Source of the DNA: a virus
Taxonomy: Duplodnaviria; Caudoviricetes
Strand: one strand, 5' to 3'
IMG/VR virus record: IMGVR_UViG_651703056_000001
Location: 1-64,000 of that record
Length of the DNA: 64,000 bases
Shown here: positions 19,611 through 30,300 of the stretch, piece by piece
Position numbering within the stretch: position 1 is the first letter of the stretch
Layout: each line of letters opens with the position of its first letter
Program-made: the position numbers and the translations under genes
Notes under the pieces: model-generated
Database searches by the model: none
The model's input: only the letters and a program-made list of their open reading frames with translations
What the model was told of the DNA's origin: nothing

Positions 19611-19989
19611 TGAGTTTCTAATTTTTGAATCCAAACCAAAAAATTTGACTTTCTAATTTTTTATTTCAAACTGAAAAAATTAGAGTTTGAAATTTTTAAA
19701 TCGAGCACCATGCATCAGGTAATTAATTTTGAGTTTCTAATTTTTGAATCGAGCTGGCAACTTTCATTTTCTAATTTTTGAATCCAAACTAAATTTATTT
19801 GTGTTTCAAATCTTTGAAACGAAACTGATTTTATTTGAGGTTGGAATTTTTCAAACCAAACCAAAAAATAAATTGGGATTGAAATTTTCAAATCGAGTAA
19901 CCCCCTTATTTTGTGTTTAGGATTTTTGAAACCAAACTGATTTTAAAAACAGCCTATAATATTGAATATGAAATTTTTCAAATCAAACT
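19611..19989. repeat. Array of ten degenerate ~27-bp direct repeats (iteron-like)
   Basis: Consensus TGAGTTTCTAATTTTTGAATCCAAACT at about 19611, 19646, 19682, 19730, 19764, 19800, 19836, 19874, 19912, 19963. Confidence 0.75.
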
Positions 19990-20072
19990 AAAAAATATTT
20001 AGCCTTGACATTTTTAAAACGATTTGATATAATATATTCATAATCAAAATTTTAAAAGTAAGTAGGGTAAAA

Positions 20073-20264
20073 ATGAAAATTTCAGAATTAAAAGAACTAG
20101 AAGGTCAGAATGTATTTTTTAAAAACCCTTTGGGTTACATACAAGAAGTCACAGTAAAGCGTATTCTAAATTCTCGTACGGTTGTATATTCAATTAAAAA
20201 CTACAACTTTACAGGTTTCGCTTGGGAATTTTTCAAAACAAGAGAGGATGCAGAACATGCGTAA
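20073..20264 (+). CDS. Hypothetical protein
   Basis: Follows TTGACA/TATAAT promoter. Confidence 0.6.
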   Translation: MKISELKELEGQNVFFKNPLGYIQEVTVKRILNSRTVVYSIKNYNFTGFAWEFFKTREDAEHA

Positions 20265-20312
20265 AATTATGCTAGTAGAAGAATCAATCAAATTTGATAA
20301 AGGTAATAGAAA

Positions 20313-20516
20313 ATGAGTGATAAATGGTATGTAATTAAAGTTTCAGAAGAAAATAAGTTTAACAAAAAGCGAAACTATATAATAAGCCCTTATTATGATA
20401 ACTTAGAAAAAGATATAAAGAGAAACAAAGATACAATTATTTCGATTATACCAAGTAAAGAGGCAGCAGAAAATACAAAAAGAGTTCTAGATGAACAAAC
20501 TACAAGAGCAAAGTGA
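20313..20516 (+). CDS. Hypothetical protein
   Basis: ORF. Confidence 0.55.
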   Translation: MSDKWYVIKVSEENKFNKKRNYIISPYYDNLEKDIKRNKDTIISIIPSKEAAENTKRVLDEQTTRAK

Positions 20517-20538
20517 TTAATTTAAAGGAGTAGCAACA

Positions 20539-21123
20539 ATGGCAAAACACAATCCAAAAATAGTATTATTTATTTCTCGAAACAAAGATAATAAAAATGT
20601 TTAAGGATTTAAGCAACGGTCATACACATTTTTAACAAACAAACAATATAATTCTGTTGAAGATGGATTAGACCTATTAAAAGACTTCAAGAATTTTGTG
20701 AGCAAAGGTGTACTTGGAGAAACTTCAAGATGGTATATGTCAATCAATGAGCGTGATTCGAAAAAGGTAAATAACAAATTAATCCATTATCTAATTGACC
20801 ATCCTGAAATGAATCCAGCAAGTATTCCGTCTAAGTCAGTTAGTTTAGCACAATCTATGGAGTGTGCTGTAACTAAGAAATGGCTATTTGATTTCGATAG
20901 TGATGATTATAAAAAGATGCTTGAGTTCGAGGAAGATATCCATAAAATAATTCAAGGTGATAAGAGGGAAATTGTTCATTATGAAACAATGAATGGTTAC
21001 GCAGTAATTGTACCTCATGGATTTGACACTAGATATTTATTGGCAAAATGGAATAAAGAAGAAAACATCGTGGAAGTTAAACGTGACGGAATGTTATTGC
21101 TAGATTGGAGACAATATGTTTAA
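20539..21123 (+). pseudogene. Conserved-looking phage protein with in-frame TAA (20602-20604)
   Basis: AAGGAG RBS, MAKHNPKIVLFISRNKDNKNV*GFKQR... runs in frame into ORF 20698..21123 (WLFDFD, TMNGY). Confidence 0.7.
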
Positions 21124-21370
21124 AAAGAGAATTACCAGATTAATTATATCGATTGTTTCTTATTTATTTCTTATTGGAACATATTGGATATCTCCAACAG
21201 TAGAAATGGGGAATAACATTTTCAAGAACATTGCTATACTTCTAGTTGGTCAACCTATTTCAATTATATTTGTAATAGGATGTATCGCTATGTTTATTAT
21301 ATTCTTTGAATTTATTACATATGCAATTATATACGCAATTTTTACATGGATAATGAATGGAAATAAATAA
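21116..21370 (+). CDS. Membrane protein
   Basis: Two hydrophobic segments. Confidence 0.6.
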   Translation: MFKKRITRLIISIVSYLFLIGTYWISPTVEMGNNIFKNIAILLVGQPISIIFVIGCIAMFIIFFEFITYAIIYAIFTWIMNGNK

Positions 21371-21568
21371 TGTATAACTGTGTAAAGATTATTTATTAGA
21401 CGATGATTTTATCACAGGTGGACGAGATACTAAGAATAAGAAAATTTGGAAAGTGTGGACAGTGCTTTCTCCTGCAATGTGGTGGTAACCATAATTTAAT
21501 ACTAGAGGTGTTGACACAACATCTCTTTTTTGGTATAATAGTATTATAGAAGTGAAGGAGTAATCAAA

Positions 21569-21769
21569 ATGATTGATGAAGTAATTGCTGAAAGATATGT
21601 TTTTAAAATATTTTACACCAAAGGCAAGGTGAAAGAATTTAAACAAGAAGGAAGTTATGAAAAAATGAAACGACAATATTTGTTGCTTAAAAATAATGAA
21701 AATATTTCCAAGGTTTTGGTATTTAAGTTATCACCACAACAGATAGATACATCAGATTGGGGGAGTTAA
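21569..21769 (+). CDS. Hypothetical protein
   Basis: Promoter and RBS. Confidence 0.6.
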   Translation: MIDEVIAERYVFKIFYTKGKVKEFKQEGSYEKMKRQYLLLKNNENISKVLVFKLSPQQIDTSDWGS

Positions 21770-21948
21770 ACATGATGGTGAACAATGTGAAGCAACTATG
21801 CCTGTTATAGAAGTTTCTATTGAATGAGGTCTGTAACTATTATAGAACAAAAGTAGTAGTATTGAATTAAAAAATGAAAGTTTATGCTTGACAAAATGAA
21901 AATTATTTAGCATAATAGTATATATAGAAATAAAGGAGAACATAAATA

Positions 21949-22329
21949 ATGGTAAAATTAACACAAAAACAAGCCGATTATCTTAAAAGTTTTAGAAATG
22001 ACAAAAAATTAGCTTTCTATCATATTGGTAGGTGGGGTTTTGGTTATAATCTTAAAGACGGTAACGAAAAAGTTTACGCAACTAATGAAGAAGCACCGTT
22101 CACTTACGATGAAAAAGAAAAAATGTTAGATGCTGTTATTAATGGTTATGAAGTTGTCGTACCTACATTTAAGTTTTTTAACTATTTTACAAAAAGTCAT
22201 TACCCTTTATATTATGCTGGAAATTTGAACCAATTAACGGACAGTGAAGAAGAAGCTCTTAAAGTTAAAAAAGATAGCGAAGAATATAAAGCCTTGGAAC
22301 TTTTAGGTTTCCTTAAAGAAAAGGTATGA
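21949..22329 (+). CDS. Hypothetical protein of lactococcal prophage type
   Basis: MVKLTQKQADYL...A.INGYEV. Confidence 0.65.
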   Translation: MVKLTQKQADYLKSFRNDKKLAFYHIGRWGFGYNLKDGNEKVYATNEEAPFTYDEKEKMLDAVINGYEVVVPTFKFFNYFTKSHYPLYYAGNLNQLTDSEEEALKVKKDSEEYKALELLGFLKEKV

Positions 22330-22556
22330 TAACATCTTTTGAATCACTAGCTGAAAGGTGAATTGACATTTCAAGGCAAGACATTTACTGTAGAAGGAGA
22401 ATACAAATGATTAAAAAAGCAATTGTAACATGCGATAAATGTAAAGAACGTTTCTTAATTACAAATGATTATTCAGTCATTAATAAGATTTTAGATGAAG
22501 GACATTATATTTGCTTCACCTGTAAAGATAAAATGGTTATTTATTAAGGAGAGATT

Positions 22557-22919
22557 ATGAAAAAACTAATTCCAGCAAAAGAAGTTGTTTCAAAGTTAAA
22601 GAAGAGTCTCGAAGATATTCCAGTGGAACTATTAGCTTCGTTTTATGAAGATTCAATAGTGGATAGCATTGAATATTATACAAAAAGAGGAATCAATGCG
22701 TTAATTCTAGGTGTTTTATGGGATGATGAGATAGAAAAATATTATTATGGAGAATATATTTTACCGTATAAAATCAGGAAAGAACTAAGAGAGAAATATA
22801 ATATTTCTAAGGATGTTCAGATTTCTGCATATTTAAAAATAACTCGTAAAATGGAAGATTTAGGGTATAATATTAAATATATTGGTGGTGACATGAACCA
22901 AATGGTGATAAGATGGTAA
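22557..22919 (+). CDS. Hypothetical protein
   Basis: RBS, ORF. Confidence 0.6.
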   Translation: MKKLIPAKEVVSKLKKSLEDIPVELLASFYEDSIVDSIEYYTKRGINALILGVLWDDEIEKYYYGEYILPYKIRKELREKYNISKDVQISAYLKITRKMEDLGYNIKYIGGDMNQMVIRW

Positions 22920-23130
22920 ATGAAGATAGTTATGTAGTATATAAAACATGGTATCCTAAGATATTTGGATTTACATATTTTGTAATTAGGAATAGGAATA
23001 TTTATAATGAAGAGCTATTGGAAGATACTACTCCTATTCTTTATACAAATAATTTTGACATAGCAACAAATATCGTAAGAAAACTTAGAGAAGAATATAG
23101 AAGAAACTAAGAGAAAAAGGGAGGTAGATA

Positions 23131-23373
23131 ATGTTAATGCAATATACTGGTAGAGATGGAGATTTAGGACTTAAAACCAATGAGAATTATTATGTTGTAG
23201 CAACAACAGACCACAATATGTGGAGCATTTGTGTATATATTTATGAAATTAATTCTACTTATCCTATTTTTTGTCCTTATGATACTTTTGAAGGGTTCTT
23301 TATGAACTGGAATCCACATCCTAAAATTGAAGAAGAGGAAATTGAGGAAGAAGATGATTGGAGTGATTTTTAA
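23131..23373 (+). CDS. Hypothetical protein with acidic tail
   Basis: GGAGG RBS. Confidence 0.6.
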   Translation: MLMQYTGRDGDLGLKTNENYYVVATTDHNMWSICVYIYEINSTYPIFCPYDTFEGFFMNWNPHPKIEEEEIEEEDDWSDF

Positions 23374-23451
23374 CAAAGAGTAGCTTGTCTCTTGACAAGT
23401 TGCTCTTTTTATGATATAATTTATATATATGAAAATTGAAAGAGGTGCTAA

Positions 23452-24060
23452 ATGGCAAATGTATTACTAGATATGGATAATACACTAACTCGTGTGGATG
23501 TTATTCTTGATAAAATGTCAAATGTTTTCCAAAAAGATATTATCTCGGCAGATAAACTAGAATCATTCAAACTAGCTAAAGCGTTTGATGTAACAGAAGA
23601 GCAAGAAAAGTTCTTCTGGGAACATTATGGCTATGAGGTAATTGAAAAGAGTGAACCAAACGAAAAAGTAATTGAATCATTATTTAAAAATGTTATTAAA
23701 AGTGATGATAAGGTCTATATTATCACAGCTCGTCCAGAATCACAGAGAAAAATTACAGAGGATTGGATAAGTAAATTTCAAATTCCACACTCAGACTTAA
23801 TTTTAACTGGAAGTCATTCTAAAATTCAGCATATTGAAAATCTTATGCTAGATACAATAATTGACGACAATCCAACGTTGTTTGAAGAAATAGAATCAGT
23901 TCCTAAAGTTTTTCCTAATTCTTTCATATCTAAGATTGTGAAAGATAAAACAATCAAGCGTTATGCGATAGATTTCAACTATAATAAAGACTCATTAGTT
24001 GAGTATCGAATTAATAGAGATACAGGAGAAATAACAAATGGTATTAATCAAGCTCAATGA
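23452..24060 (+). CDS. HAD-superfamily 5'(3')-deoxyribonucleotidase-like protein
   Basis: DMDNTL motif I, ITAR motif II, K, IDDNP motif IV. Confidence 0.85.
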   Translation: MANVLLDMDNTLTRVDVILDKMSNVFQKDIISADKLESFKLAKAFDVTEEQEKFFWEHYGYEVIEKSEPNEKVIESLFKNVIKSDDKVYIITARPESQRKITEDWISKFQIPHSDLILTGSHSKIQHIENLMLDTIIDDNPTLFEEIESVPKVFPNSFISKIVKDKTIKRYAIDFNYNKDSLVEYRINRDTGEITNGINQAQ

Positions 24061-24433
24061 GGCAAAAAGAAAAACAATTAAAGAAATCAATACCTTAGAG
24101 TCAGAGGTCTTACCGTATGACGCTGTTAAGTTTATTTCAGGTTCTTTCCATATCTCAATCCAAGAAGTAGTTGAGGCACACCAAAGTGGGAGAATGTTAG
24201 TAACTAAAAATAAGAAAGTGTTTGCATCATTTCTCTTTGAAGAGTGGATGAGTGCCATAGGTGTTAGTAAAGAGGAAGACCTGACACAAGACAATTTTAT
24301 AAAAACTGTTTGGTATGACTTTACTTTTGTTGACGATTATGAACATGTGCTGAGGTATTCAGAAAGTGAATTAGGTATTAATGATGATACACTGCTCCAT
24401 ATCTTTTACGAAGGAAAAGGAGATGAAGAATGA
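24038..24433 (+). CDS. Hypothetical protein
   Basis: ORF in operon. Confidence 0.6.
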   Translation: MVLIKLNEAKRKTIKEINTLESEVLPYDAVKFISGSFHISIQEVVEAHQSGRMLVTKNKKVFASFLFEEWMSAIGVSKEEDLTQDNFIKTVWYDFTFVDDYEHVLRYSESELGINDDTLLHIFYEGKGDEE

Positions 24434-25188
24434 ACATAAAAGAAGAATATAGACAAGGAAATATCCTAGTTTTAGGATTCAGTGATTCTAAGATTCTAAA
24501 AGATTTAGATAATGAATCTAATACGTTGTTTGGGGTATCTTTTGACTCAAAGGCGGTTCAAGGTGCATATAATGAAGGGTTCTATAATGTTTTTGATTAT
24601 AATATCACTAACATTAATAAGTTATTCTCAGACGGACTGTTTGATACAATCATCCTCGACCGAGCGTTACACAAAGTGTTTACTTTAAATCAAAATCAAG
24701 GTGTATCTAAAAGTGCAACAAATGGTGCTAAGAAAGCTATTGTCATGATGTCTCAGATTTGGGGATTGTTAAAAGATGATGGTGTTGTACTCATTCAAGA
24801 TTCAATGAAACCAGTTACCAGTTTTAGGTATGATGCCGTATCGTATGTATCGACAGAGAAATTTGAAGATTACTTAACAGATGTTAAAGAGACTGAAAGT
24901 GTTGTTAAGTTAGGAGAACCACAAAGCAATAGAGAAGCACTAAAGTTGGTAGACTTCTTGCTGTTTGGTAAAGGTTATATTGAAAAAACTATTGGTGTGC
25001 AGTATATGCCATTTGATTTACAAGAAATTCAATACTATTTAGATTTAGTAGGATTTGAAATCATCAAAGCATCTACAAATGTTGATAAAGAACTTCTTGA
25101 ATTTTCGCGTGAAGTTCAATATTATAATTTGAGTCATGAAAATATCTTTCCTAATACAGAATATACTTTAAAATTAAGAAAAAAATGA
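24430..25188 (+). CDS. Degenerate class I SAM-methyltransferase-fold protein
   Basis: 'ILVLGFSD', 'DGLFDTIILDRALH', 'LLKDDGVVLIQD' pattern; glycine motif I eroded. Confidence 0.5.
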   Translation: MNIKEEYRQGNILVLGFSDSKILKDLDNESNTLFGVSFDSKAVQGAYNEGFYNVFDYNITNINKLFSDGLFDTIILDRALHKVFTLNQNQGVSKSATNGAKKAIVMMSQIWGLLKDDGVVLIQDSMKPVTSFRYDAVSYVSTEKFEDYLTDVKETESVVKLGEPQSNREALKLVDFLLFGKGYIEKTIGVQYMPFDLQEIQYYLDLVGFEIIKASTNVDKELLEFSREVQYYNLSHENIFPNTEYTLKLRKK

Positions 25189-25293
25189 GTAAGTTATCAA
25201 TTAACTTGCTCTTTTTTCTTTTTTATGGTATAATAATATATGTTACAGAGAAATAACAATCGTTGAGTTCTTACGAACAGATAGGAGATTTTA

Positions 25294-26325
25294 ATGACAA
25301 ACTATGACAAAACCTTTATGCTTGGTGCAGGTCAAGGCTCATCTCAAAAAACAAGTAATGAGTATATCGTCATTCACGATACAGCCAATGACAAAAACCA
25401 AGGCGACAATAGTGCATATAATGAAGCGAAATATATGCACAACAACTGGCAAGACGCATACACACATGCAATTGCTGGATGGGATAGAGTATATCTAGTA
25501 GGAGAAGCTGGATATGTTGCTTACGGTGCTGGTGAGGTAGCAAACAGTCGTTCGCCTTTCCAAATTGAATTAGCACATTACACAGACCCAGTTAAACAAA
25601 GACAATCTTATGTTAACTACATCAATGCTATCCGTGAGCATGCAAATAAATTTGGTATTCCATTGACACTTGACGGTGGAGGAAAAGGTATCAAATCTCA
25701 TAAGTGGGTATCTGATAATATTTGGGGAGACCATCAAGACCCTTACGGTTACTTGGCACGTATTGGAATTTCTAAAGCACAGTTGGCTGCCGACTTGGCT
25801 AGTGGCGTAGGTGGAACAGCTCCTACTCCAGTATCAAAACCAGCTCCAGTTCCAGCATCAAAACCAACTTCTACTAAAAAGGTACAAACCAATGTAGTAT
25901 ATGGATTGCATCAAAAAGGTGGAGGTTGGTTAGGAGAAATTACTAACTTCAACAACAGCGAATCTAATGGGTTTGCTGGGTTGCCAAATCATCAACATGA
26001 CTTGCTCTATATGCGAGTAACTCATGGTGCATTGAAATACCGAGTACACACTATCGAAGATGGATGGCTCGGTTGGGTGACAAATGGTAATAAGAATGAT
26101 ACTGTTAATGGATGTGCTGGTATTTCTGGTCACACTATTGATGGCGTACAAGCTTATTTCTACACACCTGGCGGTGAAGTATATCAACAAGCTCATTATC
26201 GGTCACAAACCACTAAACGTGCAGGTTGGTTAGCTCCAGTAGTTGATGACTCAGACTTTGCAGGTATCTTAGGAGAACCTTTAGATAGATTGCAAGTAGC
26301 AATTAGTAATACAAACCCATTCTAA
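25294..26325 (+). CDS. Endolysin, N-acetylmuramoyl-L-alanine amidase (Amidase_2) with C-terminal cell-wall-binding repeats
   Basis: [19 protein letters not shown]..., DHQDP Zn ligands; P/A linker; 'YRVH...GWLGWV', 'AG..G..ID..Q' repeats. Confidence 0.9.
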   Translation: MTNYDKTFMLGAGQGSSQKTSNEYIVIHDTANDKNQGDNSAYNEAKYMHNNWQDAYTHAIAGWDRVYLVGEAGYVAYGAGEVANSRSPFQIELAHYTDPVKQRQSYVNYINAIREHANKFGIPLTLDGGGKGIKSHKWVSDNIWGDHQDPYGYLARIGISKAQLAADLASGVGGTAPTPVSKPAPVPASKPTSTKKVQTNVVYGLHQKGGGWLGEITNFNNSESNGFAGLPNHQHDLLYMRVTHGALKYRVHTIEDGWLGWVTNGNKNDTVNGCAGISGHTIDGVQAYFYTPGGEVYQQAHYRSQTTKRAGWLAPVVDDSDFAGILGEPLDRLQVAISNTNPF

Positions 26326-26516
26326 ATGGTGAATTAAGTATACCTTCGAGTATGCTTTTTCGAAACACAATAGCTACTAATATTAGAGTTCTACCCAGTT
26401 GAATATTGGGGTTCATTCAAATAAGAATAAAAGAAAAGAGATATTTTATCTCTTTTTTCTTGACTTTTATTTCATATTATGATATAATAATAATATAACA
26501 CAATTAGGAAAGGAGT

Positions 26517-26750
26517 TTGAACGCAGTGCTAATTTTTAACAAAGGTGACTTTAAGAAACAAATGCGACTCTTAGGACTTACACAAGAAGATATGCTTGAG
26601 ATTATCTATGCTCAGTATGGCATTGAGTTATCAAGAGGAAATTTTAGTAAAGTTATCAATGGAAGTGTTCATTGGAAGCTAGAATTGGCAATGGCTGTAT
26701 CAGAAATTTTAGATGTTGAAGTGAATGAATTATTTAAGCTGAAAAAATAA
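26517..26750 (+). CDS. XRE/Cro-like HTH regulator
   Basis: 'LTQEDM...LSRGNFSKVING...LAMAVSEILDVEVNELF'. Confidence 0.8.
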   Translation: MNAVLIFNKGDFKKQMRLLGLTQEDMLEIIYAQYGIELSRGNFSKVINGSVHWKLELAMAVSEILDVEVNELFKLKK

Positions 26751-26772
26751 TTTAAAAAATATAACATTATGC

Positions 26773-26801
26773 TTGACAAATGAATTTTAATTTGATATAA
26801 T
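26773..26801 (+). promoter_or_regulatory. Sigma-A promoter of replication operon
   Basis: TTGACA-17-TATAAT. Confidence 0.8.
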
Positions 26802-26848
26802 AGTTATGTTGTCAAAATAAAACCTAAGAATAAAAGGAGTCCAAAGAA

Positions 26849-28051
26849 ATGGCTAAGAAAAACGAAGAGAAAATCTTGAATCAAACAAAAGGAACATTCC
26901 GCCTTATCGGTAAAATTACTGGAACAGAGCGTGATAACTTCTTTACTTCACGTATCCTCGAACGAGGAAAAATGAAAGGTAAAGAAATGCGTTCACTTCG
27001 ATTTGGAGTAAAGACTTCTAATCAACAAACAGTTTATGTTCAAATGACTGGCTATGAGCCAGAGACTGTTTACTTGTGGAACGCTAAGGAAAAAGACAAG
27101 TCTAAACGTAGCTCTAAAATGAGTTATGACGACTATCTTGACCAAAAAGAAGTTTTGGAAGAAGATGGAATTATCACGCTTGATTCAACAGTTGGTCTTA
27201 CAGAAGCAGGTAAAGATGCCCCACGTGTACATGACACCAAATTTGATAACGTTATGCTTGCAGAAGAGTTGCTTGAAAACGGTATGACAGTAATGGTTAC
27301 TGGTACATTAGGACGTGGAGAATACGAAAAAGATGGAAGAGTAATTCAAACTCAAAACTTTGATGTTCAATCAATTCTGTTGTATGACCGTGAGCTTGAT
27401 TTTGATAGTCCTAAATTTAAAGAATCTGCATATTTCACAGAAGAATTTGTACTATTTGATACAGATTATGAAAAAGGTGATGAACACATCACAGTAACTG
27501 GTAAAACTATCAACTATGCTCAAAAAACTTTCCCAGTATCATATGCGTTATCTTGGGAAAAAGACTTGAATAATCCATTTGTTAATTATGAGTCAATGTC
27601 AGATGAAGAAAAAGCAGAAGCTGATAAAGAAATTAATGCACAAATTAAAATGAAACAAGGAATGGCTAGTGCATTTAAAAAAGTTAAATTTGGCTCACTT
27701 CTTAAAATTGAGGGTAATATCATTAACCGTGCAGTTGTAGTTGAAGAAGAAGCTGAGGAAGATGACCTCCTTGCACAAATGCGTGGTAATGCTCGTAAGG
27801 TTACGAACTATATTTCGTTGTTGAGTATTGAAGGTACTGACAAACATGAACCTGCTAAGTATACAGAGGATGACTTCATGAAAGCTCTCGAACAATCTGA
27901 ACTGGTTACATCTGACTCTAAAAAGGATGAAGAAGAAGATGACCTTGGTGGACTTCGTGGTAAAGGTAAAACTGCAAGCAAAAAGTTTGATGAAGAAGCT
28001 TTTGGTTCAGACCCAATGGAAGACATTGATGACTCAGACCTCCCATTCTAA
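26849..28051 (+). CDS. Putative ssDNA-binding protein (SPbeta YorF-like position)
   Basis: Beta-rich N-terminus, acidic tail ending DDSDLPF, first gene of replication block. Confidence 0.65.
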   Translation: MAKKNEEKILNQTKGTFRLIGKITGTERDNFFTSRILERGKMKGKEMRSLRFGVKTSNQQTVYVQMTGYEPETVYLWNAKEKDKSKRSSKMSYDDYLDQKEVLEEDGIITLDSTVGLTEAGKDAPRVHDTKFDNVMLAEELLENGMTVMVTGTLGRGEYEKDGRVIQTQNFDVQSILLYDRELDFDSPKFKESAYFTEEFVLFDTDYEKGDEHITVTGKTINYAQKTFPVSYALSWEKDLNNPFVNYESMSDEEKAEADKEINAQIKMKQGMASAFKKVKFGSLLKIEGNIINRAVVVEEEAEEDDLLAQMRGNARKVTNYISLLSIEGTDKHEPAKYTEDDFMKALEQSELVTSDSKKDEEEDDLGGLRGKGKTASKKFDEEAFGSDPMEDIDDSDLPF

Positions 28052-28100
28052 TTAAACCTTAGAATCAATGCACATCAAAACACGAAAATAGGAGAAAACA

Positions 28101-30194
28101 ATGGGAATTAAAGATAGAATTAAGAAAAATAAAATCAGTACAAAATTGTCAGATATGAAGATTACAATTGCAGGTAGACCTAAGTCGGGAAAAGCATTAG
28201 ATATTAATACTAAAATTCCAACACCTAGTGGATGGAAATTTGCAAAAGATATTGAAGTGGGAGACGAGATTTTTGACCGACTAGGAAAACCAACTATTGT
28301 CTTGGGGGTGTATCCTCAAGGTGAATTGCAGGCTTATGAGGTTATAATGCAAGATGGTACTTCTTTTGTTGCTAATGATGAACATATTATTCCATATGTA
28401 ACAAGCAAAAAAAACATCAATAATAAAACTCTCAAAGAGATGATGGTTGATTACAAAAAACCTAAAACAAAATTTGAACACGACACACATACACATAAAT
28501 ATCGAATCCCTAAAAATAATGCTGTAGAATATGAAAAGAAAAACTTTATCATTGAACCTTATGCTTTGGGAGTCTTGATTGGTGATGGTTGCTTACTTGA
28601 AAGCAAATTATCAATTTCAAGTAATGAATTAGATGTTTTAGAGAATACATCAAAAGCACTTGGTTTACCTATGCCATATAAAAATTCTCAAAAAAACTAT
28701 ACTTGGAATTATGAAACAAATGAACAGACAAAAAAAATTAAAGATGAATTAAAGTTTTTGGGTCTAAATGTAAAATCTGTTGAAAAACATATTCCATATA
28801 AATATCTTATTTCTTCAATTGAACAGCGTAAAGAACTTCTTGCAGGATTGATGGATACAGACGGAACAGTCTATATTAACAGAGAGACTGGTTCAATGCG
28901 TTATCAATTTAGCACTAGTAGTAAACAATTAAAAGATGATTTTAAAGAACTTGCTCTATCTCTAGGTTATGGTGTAACAGTATCAGTCGATAATAGACAC
29001 CTTAAAGAAGGTTCGAATGCAAATTTTGCTAACTATTCTCTAAGCGTCTATACCGATGAGGTTATTGTTTCCTCAGAGAAACACCTTAAAAAACTTGAAG
29101 GATATGAAGTTCGCTCATTTAAAGACCAGTATACATATATTACAGATATTGTAGAAGTAGAGCCACGTGAAATGGTGTGCTTTAAAGTGGATAATGAGGA
29201 AGAATTATTCTTAATTAATGATTATATTGTAACACATAATACGTCACTTTTTTACGAAATCCTCAAACGTGAAGGTGGTCTTGATACTGGATTACTCTTT
29301 GCGTTTGAAAAAGGGTATAACTTCCTTGATGGAATTAACGTAGTTGACATTGAATCATGGTCTGACTTTATTGATGCAATCGATGAACTAGAAGATGATA
29401 ACGAGGGATTCGTTTATGTTGGTATTGATACGGTTGATATCGCAGGTCGCTTATGTCAAGAGTACGTACTTCGTAAACAGAGTACTAAAGATGGAAAACG
29501 ATATGATGCAATGGCTGACATTCCTTTTGGTAAGGGATATGAGTTGGTTGAAGCGGAGTTTTCTCGTCAATTTGCTCGCCTTGACCGTATCTTTGGTGGA
29601 TGGATGAGCATCACCCACGACAAAGATAAGACAGTTAAAGAAAAATCTGGTCTTGAGTATGACAAAACGATGATGTCAGCGACTGGTCGTACAGGAGACT
29701 ACATCAAGAACTCATCAGACTTTATTGTCTTTATCGACATTCAAACAGAGAAAACACGTGATAAAGAAACACGTAAACAAACTGTTAAAGAAAATCGTAA
29801 GATTCGTTTCCGTGGAGATGGTACAACGGAAGCTGGTGGTCGTATTTCTAAAGTTCCAGAAGAAATTGATTATGATGTTGATTTATTCTTGAAAACTATC
29901 CGTGATGCAGTTCTAGCAAATACTGGTGCAAGCGAAGAATCAACAGAAGAAAAACCAAAAGAAAAAAAAGTTCGTAAAACTGTGAAAGCAGACAAACCTA
30001 AAGAAAAAGAAGAAAACGTAGTTGATATTGATTCAATCAAATCAAAAATCGGAGACTTCCTTTCTGATTTAGATTTGTCTGAGAAAAAAGTTTGGGCTAA
30101 ACGATTTAAAAAAGACCTCGGAACAATGAACTTCAATGAATCTGATGATATTAAAGCACTTCAAAGTATTTTATCTGATATGTCAGAAGGATAA
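28101..30194 (+). CDS. AAA_24/Sak4-like ATPase (YorG-like) containing an intein
   Basis: Walker A GRPKSGK|T split by intein; IDT Walker B; 'DIPFGKGY'; ITH. Confidence 0.8.
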   Translation: MGIKDRIKKNKISTKLSDMKITIAGRPKSGKALDINTKIPTPSGWKFAKDIEVGDEIFDRLGKPTIVLGVYPQGELQAYEVIMQDGTSFVANDEHIIPYVTSKKNINNKTLKEMMVDYKKPKTKFEHDTHTHKYRIPKNNAVEYEKKNFIIEPYALGVLIGDGCLLESKLSISSNELDVLENTSKALGLPMPYKNSQKNYTWNYETNEQTKKIKDELKFLGLNVKSVEKHIPYKYLISSIEQRKELLAGLMDTDGTVYINRETGSMRYQFSTSSKQLKDDFKELALSLGYGVTVSVDNRHLKEGSNANFANYSLSVYTDEVIVSSEKHLKKLEGYEVRSFKDQYTYITDIVEVEPREMVCFKVDNEEELFLINDYIVTHNTSLFYEILKREGGLDTGLLFAFEKGYNFLDGINVVDIESWSDFIDAIDELEDDNEGFVYVGIDTVDIAGRLCQEYVLRKQSTKDGKRYDAMADIPFGKGYELVEAEFSRQFARLDRIFGGWMSITHDKDKTVKEKSGLEYDKTMMSATGRTGDYIKNSSDFIVFIDIQTEKTRDKETRKQTVKENRKIRFRGDGTTEAGGRISKVPEEIDYDVDLFLKTIRDAVLANTGASEESTEEKPKEKKVRKTVKADKPKEKEENVVDIDSIKSKIGDFLSDLDLSEKKVWAKRFKKDLGTMNFNESDDIKALQSILSDMSEG
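28194..29240 (+). mobile_element. Intein (349 aa, Ala1, LAGLIDADG endonuclease) in Walker A
   Basis: Starts ALDINTKIPTPSGW, ends VCFKVD...YIVTHN|T; LGVLIGDG and LAGLMDTDG motifs. Confidence 0.9.
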
Positions 30195-30300
30195 TAGATT
30201 AAAAGAGAGAAGAAATTCTCTCTTTTTTTGTATCTTACACTTGACATATTTATTTTATTATGATATAATATTACTATACTAAAGAAATGGAGATGGATAA

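Noticed and set aside
19611-19989. CRISPR array interpretation of the ~27-bp repeats
   Set aside because: Repeats are degenerate, linkers are mostly about 10 nt and low-complexity, and no cas genes are present
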